Counted from the first letter of the stretch, positions 1 through 10,115 are shown. The stretch: 64,000 nucleotides of DNA from a virus (IMGVR_UViG_3300028549_001530:1-64000); one strand, 5' to 3'. Translations and numbers: made by a program. Notes: generated by a model not told the origin, from the sequence alone.

Positions 1-756
1 ACTCCCCTTAAAGTCATCTGGTCCAGAGAGTTACCAAGCTACCCTACATCACTAGCTATCTCCAAGACACCATCAGGGGAATACTACGTCTCCTTCACTT
101 GTGAGTACATTCCTCAAAAGACTGCTGGTGAGACCAACGTAGGTATAGACCTAGGCATCAAAACCTATGCAACTCTCTCCACAGGTGACAAACTAGAGAA
201 CCCCAAGTGGCTTCAAAACCATCTTAAATCCCTTAAGCGCCACCAACAATCCCTTTCAAGGAAAACCAAAGGAAGTAAGAACCGCACTAAAGCCAGAATC
301 AAAGTAGCCAAGCTACACCAAAAGGTCACCAACACCCGTCATGACTGGCAACACAAGGCAACTCGTACACTGGTTAACAATAGCCACGTAATCGGTGTAG
401 AAGCCCTCGCTGTCGCCAACATGATACGTAACCGCAAGCTCAGTAAAGCTATACAAGACGCAGCCTGGTCTTCGTTCTTCTCTAAGCTTCAGTACAAGGT
501 GGTGGAATCCCAACATGCTACACTCATCTATATGAGCACCTTCTACCCAAGCAGCCATATCTGTTCACTAACAGGTAAGCAGCTTGAGAGGAAGCTCTCA
601 CTATCTGAGCGCACTTGGGACTGTCCGTTCTGTGGCAACACACACGACAGAGACCTTAATGCAGCAGCCAACATCGAGAATAAGGCTATGGAGCTCTACG
701 CTACACTGCCCACCTCGAAGTCACATCACGGTGAAGTAGCCGTCGTTGCTGGCTAA
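1..756 (+). CDS. tnpB: TnpB RNA-guided endonuclease, copy 1 (5' part lies outside the window)
   Basis: Frame +1 reads from base 1 (TPLKVIWSRELPSYP...) and is colinear with 53958-54713. RuvC-I GIDLG, RuvC-II VEAL and RuvC-III DRDLNAA motifs are present. Confidence 0.95.
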   Translation, partial: TPLKVIWSRELPSYPTSLAISKTPSGEYYVSFTCEYIPQKTAGETNVGIDLGIKTYATLSTGDKLENPKWLQNHLKSLKRHQQSLSRKTKGSKNRTKARIKVAKLHQKVTNTRHDWQHKATRTLVNNSHVIGVEALAVANMIRNRKLSKAIQDAAWSSFFSKLQYKVVESQHATLIYMSTFYPSSHICSLTGKQLERKLSLSERTWDCPFCGNTHDRDLNAAANIENKAMELYATLPTSKSHHGEVAVVAG

Positions 757-907
757 TCTAACAACGCCTGAGAGGACACTCAGGTTCAGACCATGGAGAG
801 TTCTTCACCTCTACTATCAGGCAACTGGTAGCATGTACCTCTTTGAAGTGGTAACTCTTAAGGGTAACCTTAGGAATCCCCGGCCTTCAGGCCGGGGAGG
901 ATGTCAA
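1..907 (+). mobile_element. IS200/IS605-family (IS1341-like) element, copy 1, right part
   Basis: Right end GAATccccggccttcaggccggggaggatgTCAA ends at 907. Near-identical to 53958-54864; the sequences diverge right after TCAA. Confidence 0.92.
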
Positions 908-927
908 TTTTACGAAAAATAAATACC
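757..927 (+). ncRNA. TnpB omega/reRNA scaffold plus flank-derived guide (TTTTACGAAAAATAAATACC), copy 1
   Basis: Non-coding 3' region conserved between both copies up to TCAA. The guide position follows from known TnpB biology; the 5' boundary is uncertain. Confidence 0.75.
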
Positions 928-967
928 TTTATAACTCATGTCGCAGATATAGCTAAGCGTTAACACA

Positions 968-1004
968 ATACCACCCTAAGTAGTTTTTCTACTTAGGGTG
1001 GTAT
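968..1004. terminator. Long hairpin, probable intrinsic terminator
   Basis: ataccaccctaagtag-ttttt-ctacttagggtggtat. Confidence 0.7.
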
Positions 1005-1034
1005 GTTTTGATGCATTTTTCAAAAGGAGTTGTC

Positions 1035-2822
1035 ATGCCAGTTATCAGTTTAACACTAGATGAGACTAACAGAAGTATATTCTCTAGTGTTTATTTTAAG
1101 ATCATCGAAGATATTGTTACTGCTATTAAAGTTCCTCATAGCTCTCTTGTCGTTGTTCATAAAGACACAGAGACAACACTGACTGATAATAAAAGTAATG
1201 CTACAGGACTACAACAGGACAACTTACCTTCTACTATTTCTAAGCGTAAAGTCATAGCCACTATCACTGAGAATTATAATGAGGATACTTTAACAACTAC
1301 AGCTGTCCATCAACTAGATAATTACCCTATTTTCATTGACCACGATATAGACGTAGTTGTTTATCCTATTTATGTTAAAAGTGATATTGATATAGAGTTT
1401 AGTTATACAACGTCTTCTAAAGCAGAAGCCAATAGGGTTAGAGATGATTTAAGGATACGTCTATCTCAAACCAGAAATATCACAATGCACGATATAGAGT
1501 ATGATATCATTATTCCTGAAGTGGTAGAAGACTTTATTACTGAAGTGCATACACTTAAAAATAGACTAGTTCCACAAAGTTTAGAAGATTACTTTAGGGA
1601 TAATAGCACTAAAAGAATTCATCTCTTAACAGATATGGCTAATACAAGTAATGCTCGTTTAGCTATCAATGAGAAACAGGTAAGAATAGTTGGTTTATTT
1701 GATTTTTCTTCTATGCCTGAAAAACTCGACATTGATAATGATAACAATAACTATAAGGTTAGTTTTACTTATAAGATGTCTTTTGATGTTCCAAGAGCTA
1801 TGGCTATTAGATATCCTGTTATGATATGTAATAGAACTCTTCCTTCTAAATACATTCAATTTATAGCGGATAACAAAACCAACTCTCAACAAGAGTATAA
1901 AAGAGAATTAGGGTATACTAACTCTCTTGGAGCACTATCGCACTTTGAAGCACATAGACAATTAGAAAACAGAGTGGATGTCAATCTTCCTATTAACATT
2001 CCTTTGTTTGATGATTTTAACACTAGAGTAGGACATAAAGGTTATGGTATCATTACTTCATTTTTAACTGATGTTAACGAGACTGATAAGAAAACTTTAT
2101 TTAATTTAAGAGAATTAGATCCTTACTATATACAAGAAGATGTATTGAATTTTATTTTAAATGGTGAGAAACGATACATTGTTAATCCTTTCATGTCATT
2201 TTTTTATTTTGGTTTATACCAAGATGGAAGACATTACGATAATAACATACTTGAAATAGATGATAATTTAAACATTAAATCTAAAGTAGAACTTTCTTTA
2301 TTTAAACCTGTAAGAGTTACTCTTAGTATTATTTTAGATATCACTGCTTTAGATACAGGTGCTATAGAAAGATTACTTCTTAACCTAAACGTTTTATATA
2401 TTTTTCTTAGTGAGTATATAAGAGCTTATAATAACTTTAAAACTGAAAACTCAACCAGTGTTATACCTGATGCTACATTTAATATGATATTTGTTAAGTT
2501 GTTAAATTCACTTATGTTAGTAGATAACCTTATTGGCATCAAAGGTGTTTTAGATGTTTTAAGAGATGACAAGTATATATTTAATGGTTTATTAGGAACA
2601 TTGGAAGTTAGCTATCCAAATATGTTAAGATATTTAATGACTAATAATGTACCTACTACCGTAGTCAGTAAAATAGACGGAACAAACTATAATGTATTAA
2701 GACCTCTAGTGAGTGATTTAGATATGTCATTAAGCACTAAGAAAGTAAATTACGGTGAAGAAATAAACATCATGAAAACTGTTATGACTCATTATATAGT
2801 TGCTTTAAGAATGCAGCATTAA
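1035..2822 (+). CDS. phiKZ-like virion structural protein (putative)
   Basis: Long ORF with AAGGAG RBS before ATG 1035, in jumbo-phage structural context; function by recall only. Confidence 0.5.
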   Translation: MPVISLTLDETNRSIFSSVYFKIIEDIVTAIKVPHSSLVVVHKDTETTLTDNKSNATGLQQDNLPSTISKRKVIATITENYNEDTLTTTAVHQLDNYPIFIDHDIDVVVYPIYVKSDIDIEFSYTTSSKAEANRVRDDLRIRLSQTRNITMHDIEYDIIIPEVVEDFITEVHTLKNRLVPQSLEDYFRDNSTKRIHLLTDMANTSNARLAINEKQVRIVGLFDFSSMPEKLDIDNDNNNYKVSFTYKMSFDVPRAMAIRYPVMICNRTLPSKYIQFIADNKTNSQQEYKRELGYTNSLGALSHFEAHRQLENRVDVNLPINIPLFDDFNTRVGHKGYGIITSFLTDVNETDKKTLFNLRELDPYYIQEDVLNFILNGEKRYIVNPFMSFFYFGLYQDGRHYDNNILEIDDNLNIKSKVELSLFKPVRVTLSIILDITALDTGAIERLLLNLNVLYIFLSEYIRAYNNFKTENSTSVIPDATFNMIFVKLLNSLMLVDNLIGIKGVLDVLRDDKYIFNGLLGTLEVSYPNMLRYLMTNNVPTTVVSKIDGTNYNVLRPLVSDLDMSLSTKKVNYGEEINIMKTVMTHYIVALRMQH

Positions 2823-2828
2823 CAGTTG

Positions 2829-2860
2829 TTCCAGATACAGCATTACAGCTGTATCTGGAA
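2829..2860 (+). terminator. Hairpin terminator
   Basis: ttccagatacagc-attaca-gctgtatctggaa followed by a T-rich tract. Confidence 0.7.
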
Positions 2861-2873
2861 TTTCTTTTCAATT

Positions 2874-2892
2874 ACATATATAATACATGTAA
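2874..2892 (+). promoter_or_regulatory. Phage early-type promoter motif
   Basis: ACATATATAATACATGTAA, one of 8 intergenic copies; resembles the phiKZ early TATATTAC motif. Confidence 0.75.
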
Positions 2893-2913
2893 ACCTTCAA
2901 AAGGATTTTAATA

Positions 2914-5040
2914 ATGGACAATTTAAACCAAAACAGTTTAACAGACTTGATATATACTAAACTAGTATCTGAAATTAACAACGCCAACGAAGCTTATTAC
3001 TACTCAGACACACCAATTATGTCTGACGCTTTGTATGATCAAATGTACTTAATGCTGCAACAGTTAGAGCATGACCATCCGCAATGGATTACACCAGACT
3101 CACCAACACAAAGAGCGGGTTCACCAATATCTAAATCAAAACAATTCAATAAGTTTAAGCATACTCATCCAATGCTTTCACTTAAGACTGAGACTGATTT
3201 TACAGAAAAAGGTGCAATAGACTTTGATAATAGAGTCAAAAGGATATTGAATGTAAATGATATTGTATATTGTGTTGAACCTAAATTTGACGGACTTGGG
3301 ATTGATCTAACTTATGTCTATGGAAAACTACTAAGAGCTTTAACACGCGGTGATGGTGTATACGGTGAAGACGTTACAGCTAATGTTAAAATGATTGAAG
3401 ATATCCCTAAGGTTTTATCTGGTGAAGAGATAAACATTCCATCTATTTTAATTGTGCGTGGCGAGGTCTTAATGTTCAAAGACGTTTTTATTGAACTCAA
3501 TAAAGAGAAAATACTAAATGGTGAGAAAGAGTACTCTAATACTCGTAACACTGCTGCTGGAGCATTAAGACAACTAGACCCGTTAAAAACTAAAGAGAGA
3601 AAACTTAATTTCTTTGCTTATCAAGCTGTAGAGATACAAGGTCTACACAAAAGTATACAAACACATAGTAAACAACTAACACTACTAAAGTGTTTAGGAT
3701 TTCCAATTTGTGACTTAAATAAACTTGTAGTAAATACATCTGAGTTAGTTACATACTTACCACATATTAAAAATATCAGAGCTGATTTACCTTTTGATAT
3801 CGATGGTGTTGTCTATAAAGTTGATGATCTGTTACTTCAATCAAAACTTGGAGTTACTGGTCGTGAACCTAATTGGGCTGTTGCTCATAAATTTCCGGCT
3901 GAAGAAAAGGTAACAAAACTTATCTTTATAGATGTACAAGTAGGAAGAACTGGTAAACTTACTCCTGTGGCTAGACTGGAACCCATCTCTGTAGGTGGTG
4001 TAGTTGTCACAAACGTCACTCTTCATAACGAGAGTGAAATAAAAAGAAAAGATATAAGAGTCGGTGATACAGTTATAGTCAGAAGAGCTGGTGATGTTAT
4101 ACCTGAGATTGTAGGACCATTTAATATTAAACCTGAAAATGAACGTGCTGCTTTGTTTAAAATACCTCACACTTGTCCTGTTTGTAGCTCTCCTGTTGTT
4201 AAGGAAGAAGATGAGGTAGATTACCGTTGCACAGGCGGATTCTTTTGCTCAGCTCAACGCAAACAAGCTATACTACATTTTTCACAAAGAGGTGCTGTAG
4301 AAATTAAAGGTCTTGGTGAATCTTTAGTAGACTTATTGGTAGATAAATCAATCGTTACAACTGTATCGGATTTGTACTGTATTGGATTAAGAAAAGTAGC
4401 TATAGAAAAAGGTATCTCTTTGTTAGAGTGTATAAAGTCTACTCCTAAAAGTGATGCTTTAGCTTACAAAACTTTAAGAGAACTTGACAGGATCAATGAC
4501 AAAAGTGCTAACAATATACTAAAGGCTATTGAAGAATCTAAGAAGACTACATTACAAAAGTTTATATATGGTTTAGGTATTAGACACGCTGGAGAAGGAA
4601 CAGCTAAACGTCTAGTAAAACATTACCACACTTTAGATAATATCAAAGCTACGACTAAGTCAGAGTTACTATCTATAAGAGATATTGGAGATATAGTAGC
4701 TGATAGTGTTTATATGTTTTTCAACAATGCTAATAATTTAAAAGTTATAGATGAATTAATAGCGTTAGGTATAACTTGGAATGAAGAAAGTGAGAATACT
4801 ACCAAGCAAAGTTTGTATGTAGGACAAAATGTAGTTATAACTGGAAGTCTAGTGAGTATGAGTAGACAACAACTTAAAGACCAATTAGAAGCTCTAGGAG
4901 CTAATGTTCAAGGTAGTGTGGGTAAATCTACTAACTTAGTTATATCTGGCCCTGGTGCTGGTTCTAAACTCACTGACGCACAACGTTTAGGTGTAAAAGT
5001 TATAGACGAACAGACCTACTTAGACTCACTAAAAGTGTAG
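2914..5040 (+). CDS. ligA: NAD-dependent DNA ligase
   Basis: EPKFDG adenylation motif, RNTAAGALRQ, OB fold (VQVGRTG), C4 Zn finger, HhH repeats and C-terminal BRCT. Confidence 0.97.
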   Translation: MDNLNQNSLTDLIYTKLVSEINNANEAYYYSDTPIMSDALYDQMYLMLQQLEHDHPQWITPDSPTQRAGSPISKSKQFNKFKHTHPMLSLKTETDFTEKGAIDFDNRVKRILNVNDIVYCVEPKFDGLGIDLTYVYGKLLRALTRGDGVYGEDVTANVKMIEDIPKVLSGEEINIPSILIVRGEVLMFKDVFIELNKEKILNGEKEYSNTRNTAAGALRQLDPLKTKERKLNFFAYQAVEIQGLHKSIQTHSKQLTLLKCLGFPICDLNKLVVNTSELVTYLPHIKNIRADLPFDIDGVVYKVDDLLLQSKLGVTGREPNWAVAHKFPAEEKVTKLIFIDVQVGRTGKLTPVARLEPISVGGVVVTNVTLHNESEIKRKDIRVGDTVIVRRAGDVIPEIVGPFNIKPENERAALFKIPHTCPVCSSPVVKEEDEVDYRCTGGFFCSAQRKQAILHFSQRGAVEIKGLGESLVDLLVDKSIVTTVSDLYCIGLRKVAIEKGISLLECIKSTPKSDALAYKTLRELDRINDKSANNILKAIEESKKTTLQKFIYGLGIRHAGEGTAKRLVKHYHTLDNIKATTKSELLSIRDIGDIVADSVYMFFNNANNLKVIDELIALGITWNEESENTTKQSLYVGQNVVITGSLVSMSRQQLKDQLEALGANVQGSVGKSTNLVISGPGAGSKLTDAQRLGVKVIDEQTYLDSLKV

Positions 5041-5057
5041 CTGAAATTCTTTTGGTT

Positions 5058-5076
5058 ACATATATATTAGTTGTAA
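5058..5076 (+). promoter_or_regulatory. Phage early-type promoter motif
   Basis: ACATATATATTAGTTGTAA. Confidence 0.75.
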
Positions 5077-5135
5077 GTAGCTACTGTTTGTTTTACATCT
5101 AGTGTAGATGTAAGCAGTGGCTGTTAATAGGAGAT
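5077..5135 (+). ncRNA. Conserved 5'-leader hairpin (copy A)
   Basis: Two-part stem immediately after the promoter motif, highly similar to 43923-43980. Confidence 0.55.
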
Positions 5136-5142
5136 AGTTATT

Positions 5143-5445
5143 ATGGTTAAGGCTAATGGTATTGTTGTGAATTTTCCAGCAAAAAAAGAAAAAGTTTATG
5201 ATAAGTTAGTGAGTGTACAAACATCATTAAGTTTTGCTTTTGATGTCCTTGACACTTTAAACAAGGATGGTACTTTAGATAAAGAAGAAAACGCTGGACT
5301 TTACGGGATTTATGTTCAAGGCAACACTGGGTATGTAAAAGTACCTGCCTGGGTTTCACTGGTACATCTTCAAACTCTTGAAACAGAAATTGAGTTATCT
5401 GTTGAGATTGTGGATGAAGAAACAAAGATCAGTTTTGTACTTTAA
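5143..5445 (+). CDS. Hypothetical protein
   Basis: ORF with AGGAG RBS, followed by a terminator at 5455-5482. Confidence 0.7.
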   Translation: MVKANGIVVNFPAKKEKVYDKLVSVQTSLSFAFDVLDTLNKDGTLDKEENAGLYGIYVQGNTGYVKVPAWVSLVHLQTLETEIELSVEIVDEETKISFVL

Positions 5446-5528
5446 AACTAACTCAAAGAAAAGGCCTAACCGCCTTTTCTTTTTTCTTTTTCTAAAATTC
5501 TGTGAAGCTTTTAAAAGGAATATAAACT

Positions 5529-6902
5529 ATGGCGATCGTTAAATTACAACCAGATCAATCACCACCTATAGTGGTTAATACACCAGAGACAATACAAGAA
5601 CCTAGTAAGTCTATATTTACATCACTAGTTCCTGAGTCAACTATTACTTCACTTCTTAAATATACAGAAGGTTATCCATGGAGTATTAATTATTACGGTC
5701 AACTTCTCAACGTTAATAACACACTAGAGAACTTTGATCCAACGACACCTAATCTAACACAACCATATTACTGTGTATCTGATATGGTTATACAAGTCTC
5801 TTCTCCTCTTAATAGTAACTATGACGCTAATACAGGAGTTACTTCAGTTAACGGTGTAGCGGTAATGCCATATAAGATAACGCCTAACGTAGGTGATGTC
5901 TTTATAGCTAAAGTAGATAACGGTGAAGATGCTATCTTTATTATAACAACTGTTTCAAGAAAAACTTACAGAAAAGACACTCTGTATGAAGTCTCTTACA
6001 ATTTATACGCTTACACTTCAGCCAACCCAACTTTTATTCCAATCTTAGAGCAAAGAGTTCAAGACACTTACTTCTTTAACAAAGACACTGATTTCTTTAA
6101 CAGAGATGTTCTTATTAAACCAAGTGTTAAAGAAGCTACTGATAGACTTAATGTATTTTTAAGAGAGTCGCAAGAGCACTATTTTGCCATCTTTGCTCAA
6201 AAAGAAATAGGTGGTATCACTATACCTGGTATGGGTAATACTGTTTACGATCCACTTCTTATTAATTTTATCAGTAAGATTGTTGACTACAACACTCTTG
6301 TAGATATTCCGTTTTATAAGTTCAGTCATAGCAACAATAGGTATATAGAGCAAAAGAGTATATTTGATGTTTTACTAACTAGAAGCACGTCTCTTCTTTC
6401 GACGATCAATAAAACTTATAACTTTGTTCCTACTAGTAGTATACCTAATAAGGCAAGACTAGGTACGTTATGGCACACTGGTATAGAGTATGTATTATTT
6501 CCTATGAATCCTAATAAGGATATGGAAATTACTGACATGACTTTAACGGCAACAGATATGCCAGTTATACCTCAGTTAAAGAATTCTAAAAATTACAGTA
6601 TGCCTGTTCCGCCTATCACCATTCAAACAAAGAACAACAATGAACTCTTTACTAAGCCTCTTTTACACGAACTATTCGTTAATGACTCCTACGTTGTGTC
6701 TGATAACTTCTATAACTATTTAACAGATAATAATACATATGAAAGTATAAGTTACATTGAGTTTTTGATCTATAAGTTTATCAACAGAGAAGCTATTGCT
6801 AAAGAGGATTTGTGTGTAGCTCTTGAAAGCTATACTAGTTGGTCACTTATGCATAAGCTTTATATTTTGCCTTTGCTTTGGCAGCTTGTGGTTAATTGCT
6901 AA
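5529..6902 (+). CDS. phiKZ-like virion structural protein (putative)
   Basis: 457-aa ORF with RBS. PNVGDVFIA-type motif recalled from jumbo-phage structural proteins. Confidence 0.55.
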   Translation: MAIVKLQPDQSPPIVVNTPETIQEPSKSIFTSLVPESTITSLLKYTEGYPWSINYYGQLLNVNNTLENFDPTTPNLTQPYYCVSDMVIQVSSPLNSNYDANTGVTSVNGVAVMPYKITPNVGDVFIAKVDNGEDAIFIITTVSRKTYRKDTLYEVSYNLYAYTSANPTFIPILEQRVQDTYFFNKDTDFFNRDVLIKPSVKEATDRLNVFLRESQEHYFAIFAQKEIGGITIPGMGNTVYDPLLINFISKIVDYNTLVDIPFYKFSHSNNRYIEQKSIFDVLLTRSTSLLSTINKTYNFVPTSSIPNKARLGTLWHTGIEYVLFPMNPNKDMEITDMTLTATDMPVIPQLKNSKNYSMPVPPITIQTKNNNELFTKPLLHELFVNDSYVVSDNFYNYLTDNNTYESISYIEFLIYKFINREAIAKEDLCVALESYTSWSLMHKLYILPLLWQLVVNC

Positions 6903-6932
6903 ATTATATGAGAACTTTATATAGGTGATAAA

Positions 6933-8045
6933 TTGGTAACACAAGAAGAATTTATAAATAGAGCGATTGAAATTCATGGTAATAAATATGATTATAGTAA
7001 AACGAAATTTAATGGATTCTTAAGAAAAATAAAAATAAACTGTAAAGTTCACGGAGAATTTGAACAATATCCACAACACCATTTGAGAGGAAGTGGTTGT
7101 AGTTACTGTGTTAATATGGTTAGATTGACTAATCAACAATTCATAGATAAAGCTAAATCTGTTCATGGTGATAAATATAGTTATTTTAAAACTGAATTTA
7201 AAGCACTTAAAATGAATATAACTATAACATGTCCTATTCATGGTGACTTTGAACAAAGATCAGATGTACATATAAATGGATCTGGTTGTCACGATTGTTT
7301 TAGTGACAGTAGAAAAAGTAATATGATTGAATTTATAGAAAAAGCTAGAGAAGTACATGGTGACAAATATGATTATAGTAAAATCAACTATATAAATAAA
7401 GAAACCAAGATAATTATAATCTGCCCTGTTCATGGTAGTTTTCAACAACGACCTGGTTCTCATTTATCTGGATCTGGTTGCAATAAATGCGGAGAAGATA
7501 GAACAAGATTACTACAAGACGAATTTATCACTAAAGCTAAATTAGTACATAATAATAGGTACAATTATGACAAAGTTAATTATATAAATACTAAGACTAG
7601 TGTCACTATTATATGTCCAATTCATGGTGAGTTTGAACAAATACCTAATAGACACTTAGCTGGAGCTGGGTGTTTTATTTGTAAAGCGTCTAAAGGTGAA
7701 CTAGCTATAAAAGCTATACTAGATAAACACAACATAGAACATGTACAAGAATATCGTATACCTGAAGTTATAGCTAGACTTTCTTATGATTTTTACATTC
7801 CGAAATATAGTCTACTTATAGAATTTCATGGCAAACAACACTATGAATATATACCACATTTTCACTATAATGATGAAGATAATTTTTTAAAGCAAAAGAA
7901 CAGAGATGACATGATTAGAAGTAATGCTAGTCAGTTTAAATATAGATACTTAGAGTTTAACTACAAACAACTTAAACACATGAGTAAAGATGAGTTTGAA
8001 GAGTTAGTAATAAATAAAATTAATTTATTTAAAAAGAAAGGTTAA
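6933..8045 (+). CDS. Free-standing homing-endonuclease-like protein: 4 Zn-binding repeats plus C-terminal PD-(D/E)xK-type domain
   Basis: 4x FIxKA..VHG.KYDYSK...CPxHG.F.Q....H..G.GC..C, then YDFYIP...IEFHGKQH; TTG start with AGGTG RBS. Confidence 0.8.
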   Translation: MVTQEEFINRAIEIHGNKYDYSKTKFNGFLRKIKINCKVHGEFEQYPQHHLRGSGCSYCVNMVRLTNQQFIDKAKSVHGDKYSYFKTEFKALKMNITITCPIHGDFEQRSDVHINGSGCHDCFSDSRKSNMIEFIEKAREVHGDKYDYSKINYINKETKIIIICPVHGSFQQRPGSHLSGSGCNKCGEDRTRLLQDEFITKAKLVHNNRYNYDKVNYINTKTSVTIICPIHGEFEQIPNRHLAGAGCFICKASKGELAIKAILDKHNIEHVQEYRIPEVIARLSYDFYIPKYSLLIEFHGKQHYEYIPHFHYNDEDNFLKQKNRDDMIRSNASQFKYRYLEFNYKQLKHMSKDEFEELVINKINLFKKKG

Positions 8046-8048
8046 ATA

Positions 8049-8594
8049 ATGACACTATTTTATAGCGAACACGCTTCTCTTATATGGGATCGGCTTTACA
8101 CTGTACTTGTCCCAGATCACTTAACAATGAATCCTGATTATGTTCGTAAGTTTGGTGTGCCATTGTCTGGTAATAAACAAGTAGACGCCATGATGTCTGT
8201 CAACTTTACAACTGTCAAAATTAATGTTGCCCGTATCTTAGAGTATTTTATTGAGGGTATTGAAATACAAATACCATCAAGAGCTGATATGATTCAAATT
8301 CATAAAGATATAGAGGCTTATCTTACTGAATGGAAAGACCATATTAAATATGATATTAACTTAAAGCTAGGTGAAGAAGAAAAAAGACTAATTTTGTCTC
8401 TTGAACGCCTTAGTAAAAAGCTTTACGATAAAGCAATACCGCGTGAAGTTATAGACAATTTGTTCTTAGAGAAAAGGTTTGGTATAGTCAATCCTTTACA
8501 AGAGGCGCAAATAGCTAACAAAGAACCAACAAAGATGGATTACGAAGGTATAAGTCAATTAGTTAAACGTAAAGTCAATAGCCGTTTTGGTTGA
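8049..8594 (+). CDS. Conserved jumbo-phage hypothetical protein
   Basis: 181-aa ORF followed by a terminator at 8606-8640. Confidence 0.6.
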   Translation: MTLFYSEHASLIWDRLYTVLVPDHLTMNPDYVRKFGVPLSGNKQVDAMMSVNFTTVKINVARILEYFIEGIEIQIPSRADMIQIHKDIEAYLTEWKDHIKYDINLKLGEEEKRLILSLERLSKKLYDKAIPREVIDNLFLEKRFGIVNPLQEAQIANKEPTKMDYEGISQLVKRKVNSRFG

Positions 8595-8690
8595 ATATAG
8601 GTTATAGTACAGACTGCCTTTTAGAAAGGCAGTCTGTACTTTTTCTAATCTAAGTTCATGCTTTGAAGTACACATTTGTAAAGGTTTTAT

Positions 8691-10103
8691 ATGTCTGTCG
8701 AAAAAGTTGAATCACTATTAAAGCCAGATATAGCTGATATTTTAAAATCATACTACCCAATAACTTATAGTAGTTCTTTTGTTATTGAGGCTAAGTTACA
8801 CACAGAGTTAAAAGACTTAACAACAGGTGACGGAATTCTTCTTAGTTCCATATATATACTAAGAGACTATATTAACAATATAAGTGATCACATTGAAGCT
8901 AAACTACTAGTTCCACTAGGTACTTTTCTTTATGATATATATGATCATTTAGACAATATAGAAGTTACACTTATTACTGAGAAACAACTCTATCAAGGTA
9001 AAAAGCCTTACAAAGAAAAAGAAAGATACAAGGCAGTTTATTTACTAGATAAAAATTTAGGTATACCTAACTCTATTAATCAGAGTAAAGCTGATTTAAA
9101 CAATAGACCACCTATCACAATAACATTGCAATTAATAGATAGATCAGCTGAGACTCTTCGTATTAAAACCACACAGGGAAACTTTGATAGAAAGTTAAAC
9201 GGTAATGGCGACATGTCTATTTTTTGCTTTATTAAAAGTATTATATCAGAGCAAGCTAACAAAATACTTATAGAAAATAAACCATCTCTTGATATGATAT
9301 TGATAGAGCCGCCTGATAATAAAGAAGATTTAAAAGCTATAACCTTACCATCTTATACTAGAATAATAGAAATACCAGACTACCTTCAAACTAAAAATAT
9401 TGGTGTATATAATGCAGGTATAGGTAGTTATATTCAAAAATTTGGTTTAGATCACTTTACTTATAAAAAAATATTTTACACTTACTCTTTGTATGATCCA
9501 CAAAAATACAAGAATTCTGAGTATAAAATTATATTTTATTCACCTACAACTTCAAGTGCATCTATTACAGACATTACTTATAAATATAAAGATAAAATTT
9601 TAAAAATATTACCACATGACATCACTAACTTAGACGATAATAAAGAATCAATTGTGATGTCAACTGGATCAGGTCTTAGAACATCTAACGCTAATAGTTA
9701 CATGAAAAAGCCAGTTATTATAACTGTTCCTGGGCCTATTTTCTCAAAAACTAAATTAGTGACAGAGATGATTTTTAAGCATAGAAAAGATAACCTTCAA
9801 TTTGCACCTAACTATAAAACATCAACAAATCACTTTGACGATACATCTGATGTTCTTATGAAGAACGGTAAATACATTACTATTGTTTGTAGTAATTTTG
9901 ATTACGATTTCATATACCCAGGTGCACCTTGTAAGATATTACATGAAAATAAAAATAACGAAATAAGAGAAATATATGGTGTTATTCATAGAGCTGTAAT
10001 AGTTTATGGTAACAATAATCAGATATTACCGCTACAGTATAATAGTAAAGTAATGACTTTAACATCAACAATCACTTTAGATATTTTTTGTCAATTAGGT
10101 TAA
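8691..10103 (+). CDS. phiKZ-like virion structural protein (putative)
   Basis: 470-aa ORF in the structural cluster. Confidence 0.5.
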   Translation: MSVEKVESLLKPDIADILKSYYPITYSSSFVIEAKLHTELKDLTTGDGILLSSIYILRDYINNISDHIEAKLLVPLGTFLYDIYDHLDNIEVTLITEKQLYQGKKPYKEKERYKAVYLLDKNLGIPNSINQSKADLNNRPPITITLQLIDRSAETLRIKTTQGNFDRKLNGNGDMSIFCFIKSIISEQANKILIENKPSLDMILIEPPDNKEDLKAITLPSYTRIIEIPDYLQTKNIGVYNAGIGSYIQKFGLDHFTYKKIFYTYSLYDPQKYKNSEYKIIFYSPTTSSASITDITYKYKDKILKILPHDITNLDDNKESIVMSTGSGLRTSNANSYMKKPVIITVPGPIFSKTKLVTEMIFKHRKDNLQFAPNYKTSTNHFDDTSDVLMKNGKYITIVCSNFDYDFIYPGAPCKILHENKNNEIREIYGVIHRAVIVYGNNNQILPLQYNSKVMTLTSTITLDIFCQLG

Positions 10104-10115
10104 AAAGGAGAATAC

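Noticed and set aside
313-558. Minus-strand ORF inside tnpB copy 1
   Set aside because: Shadow ORF antisense to a well-supported gene, with no RBS.
421-756. 111-aa ORF as a separate small protein
   Set aside because: It is the C-terminal part of TnpB; the frame is open back to base 1.
4380-4470. Short insertion in LigA before the HhH region
   Set aside because: No intein signatures; probably an ordinary loop expansion.
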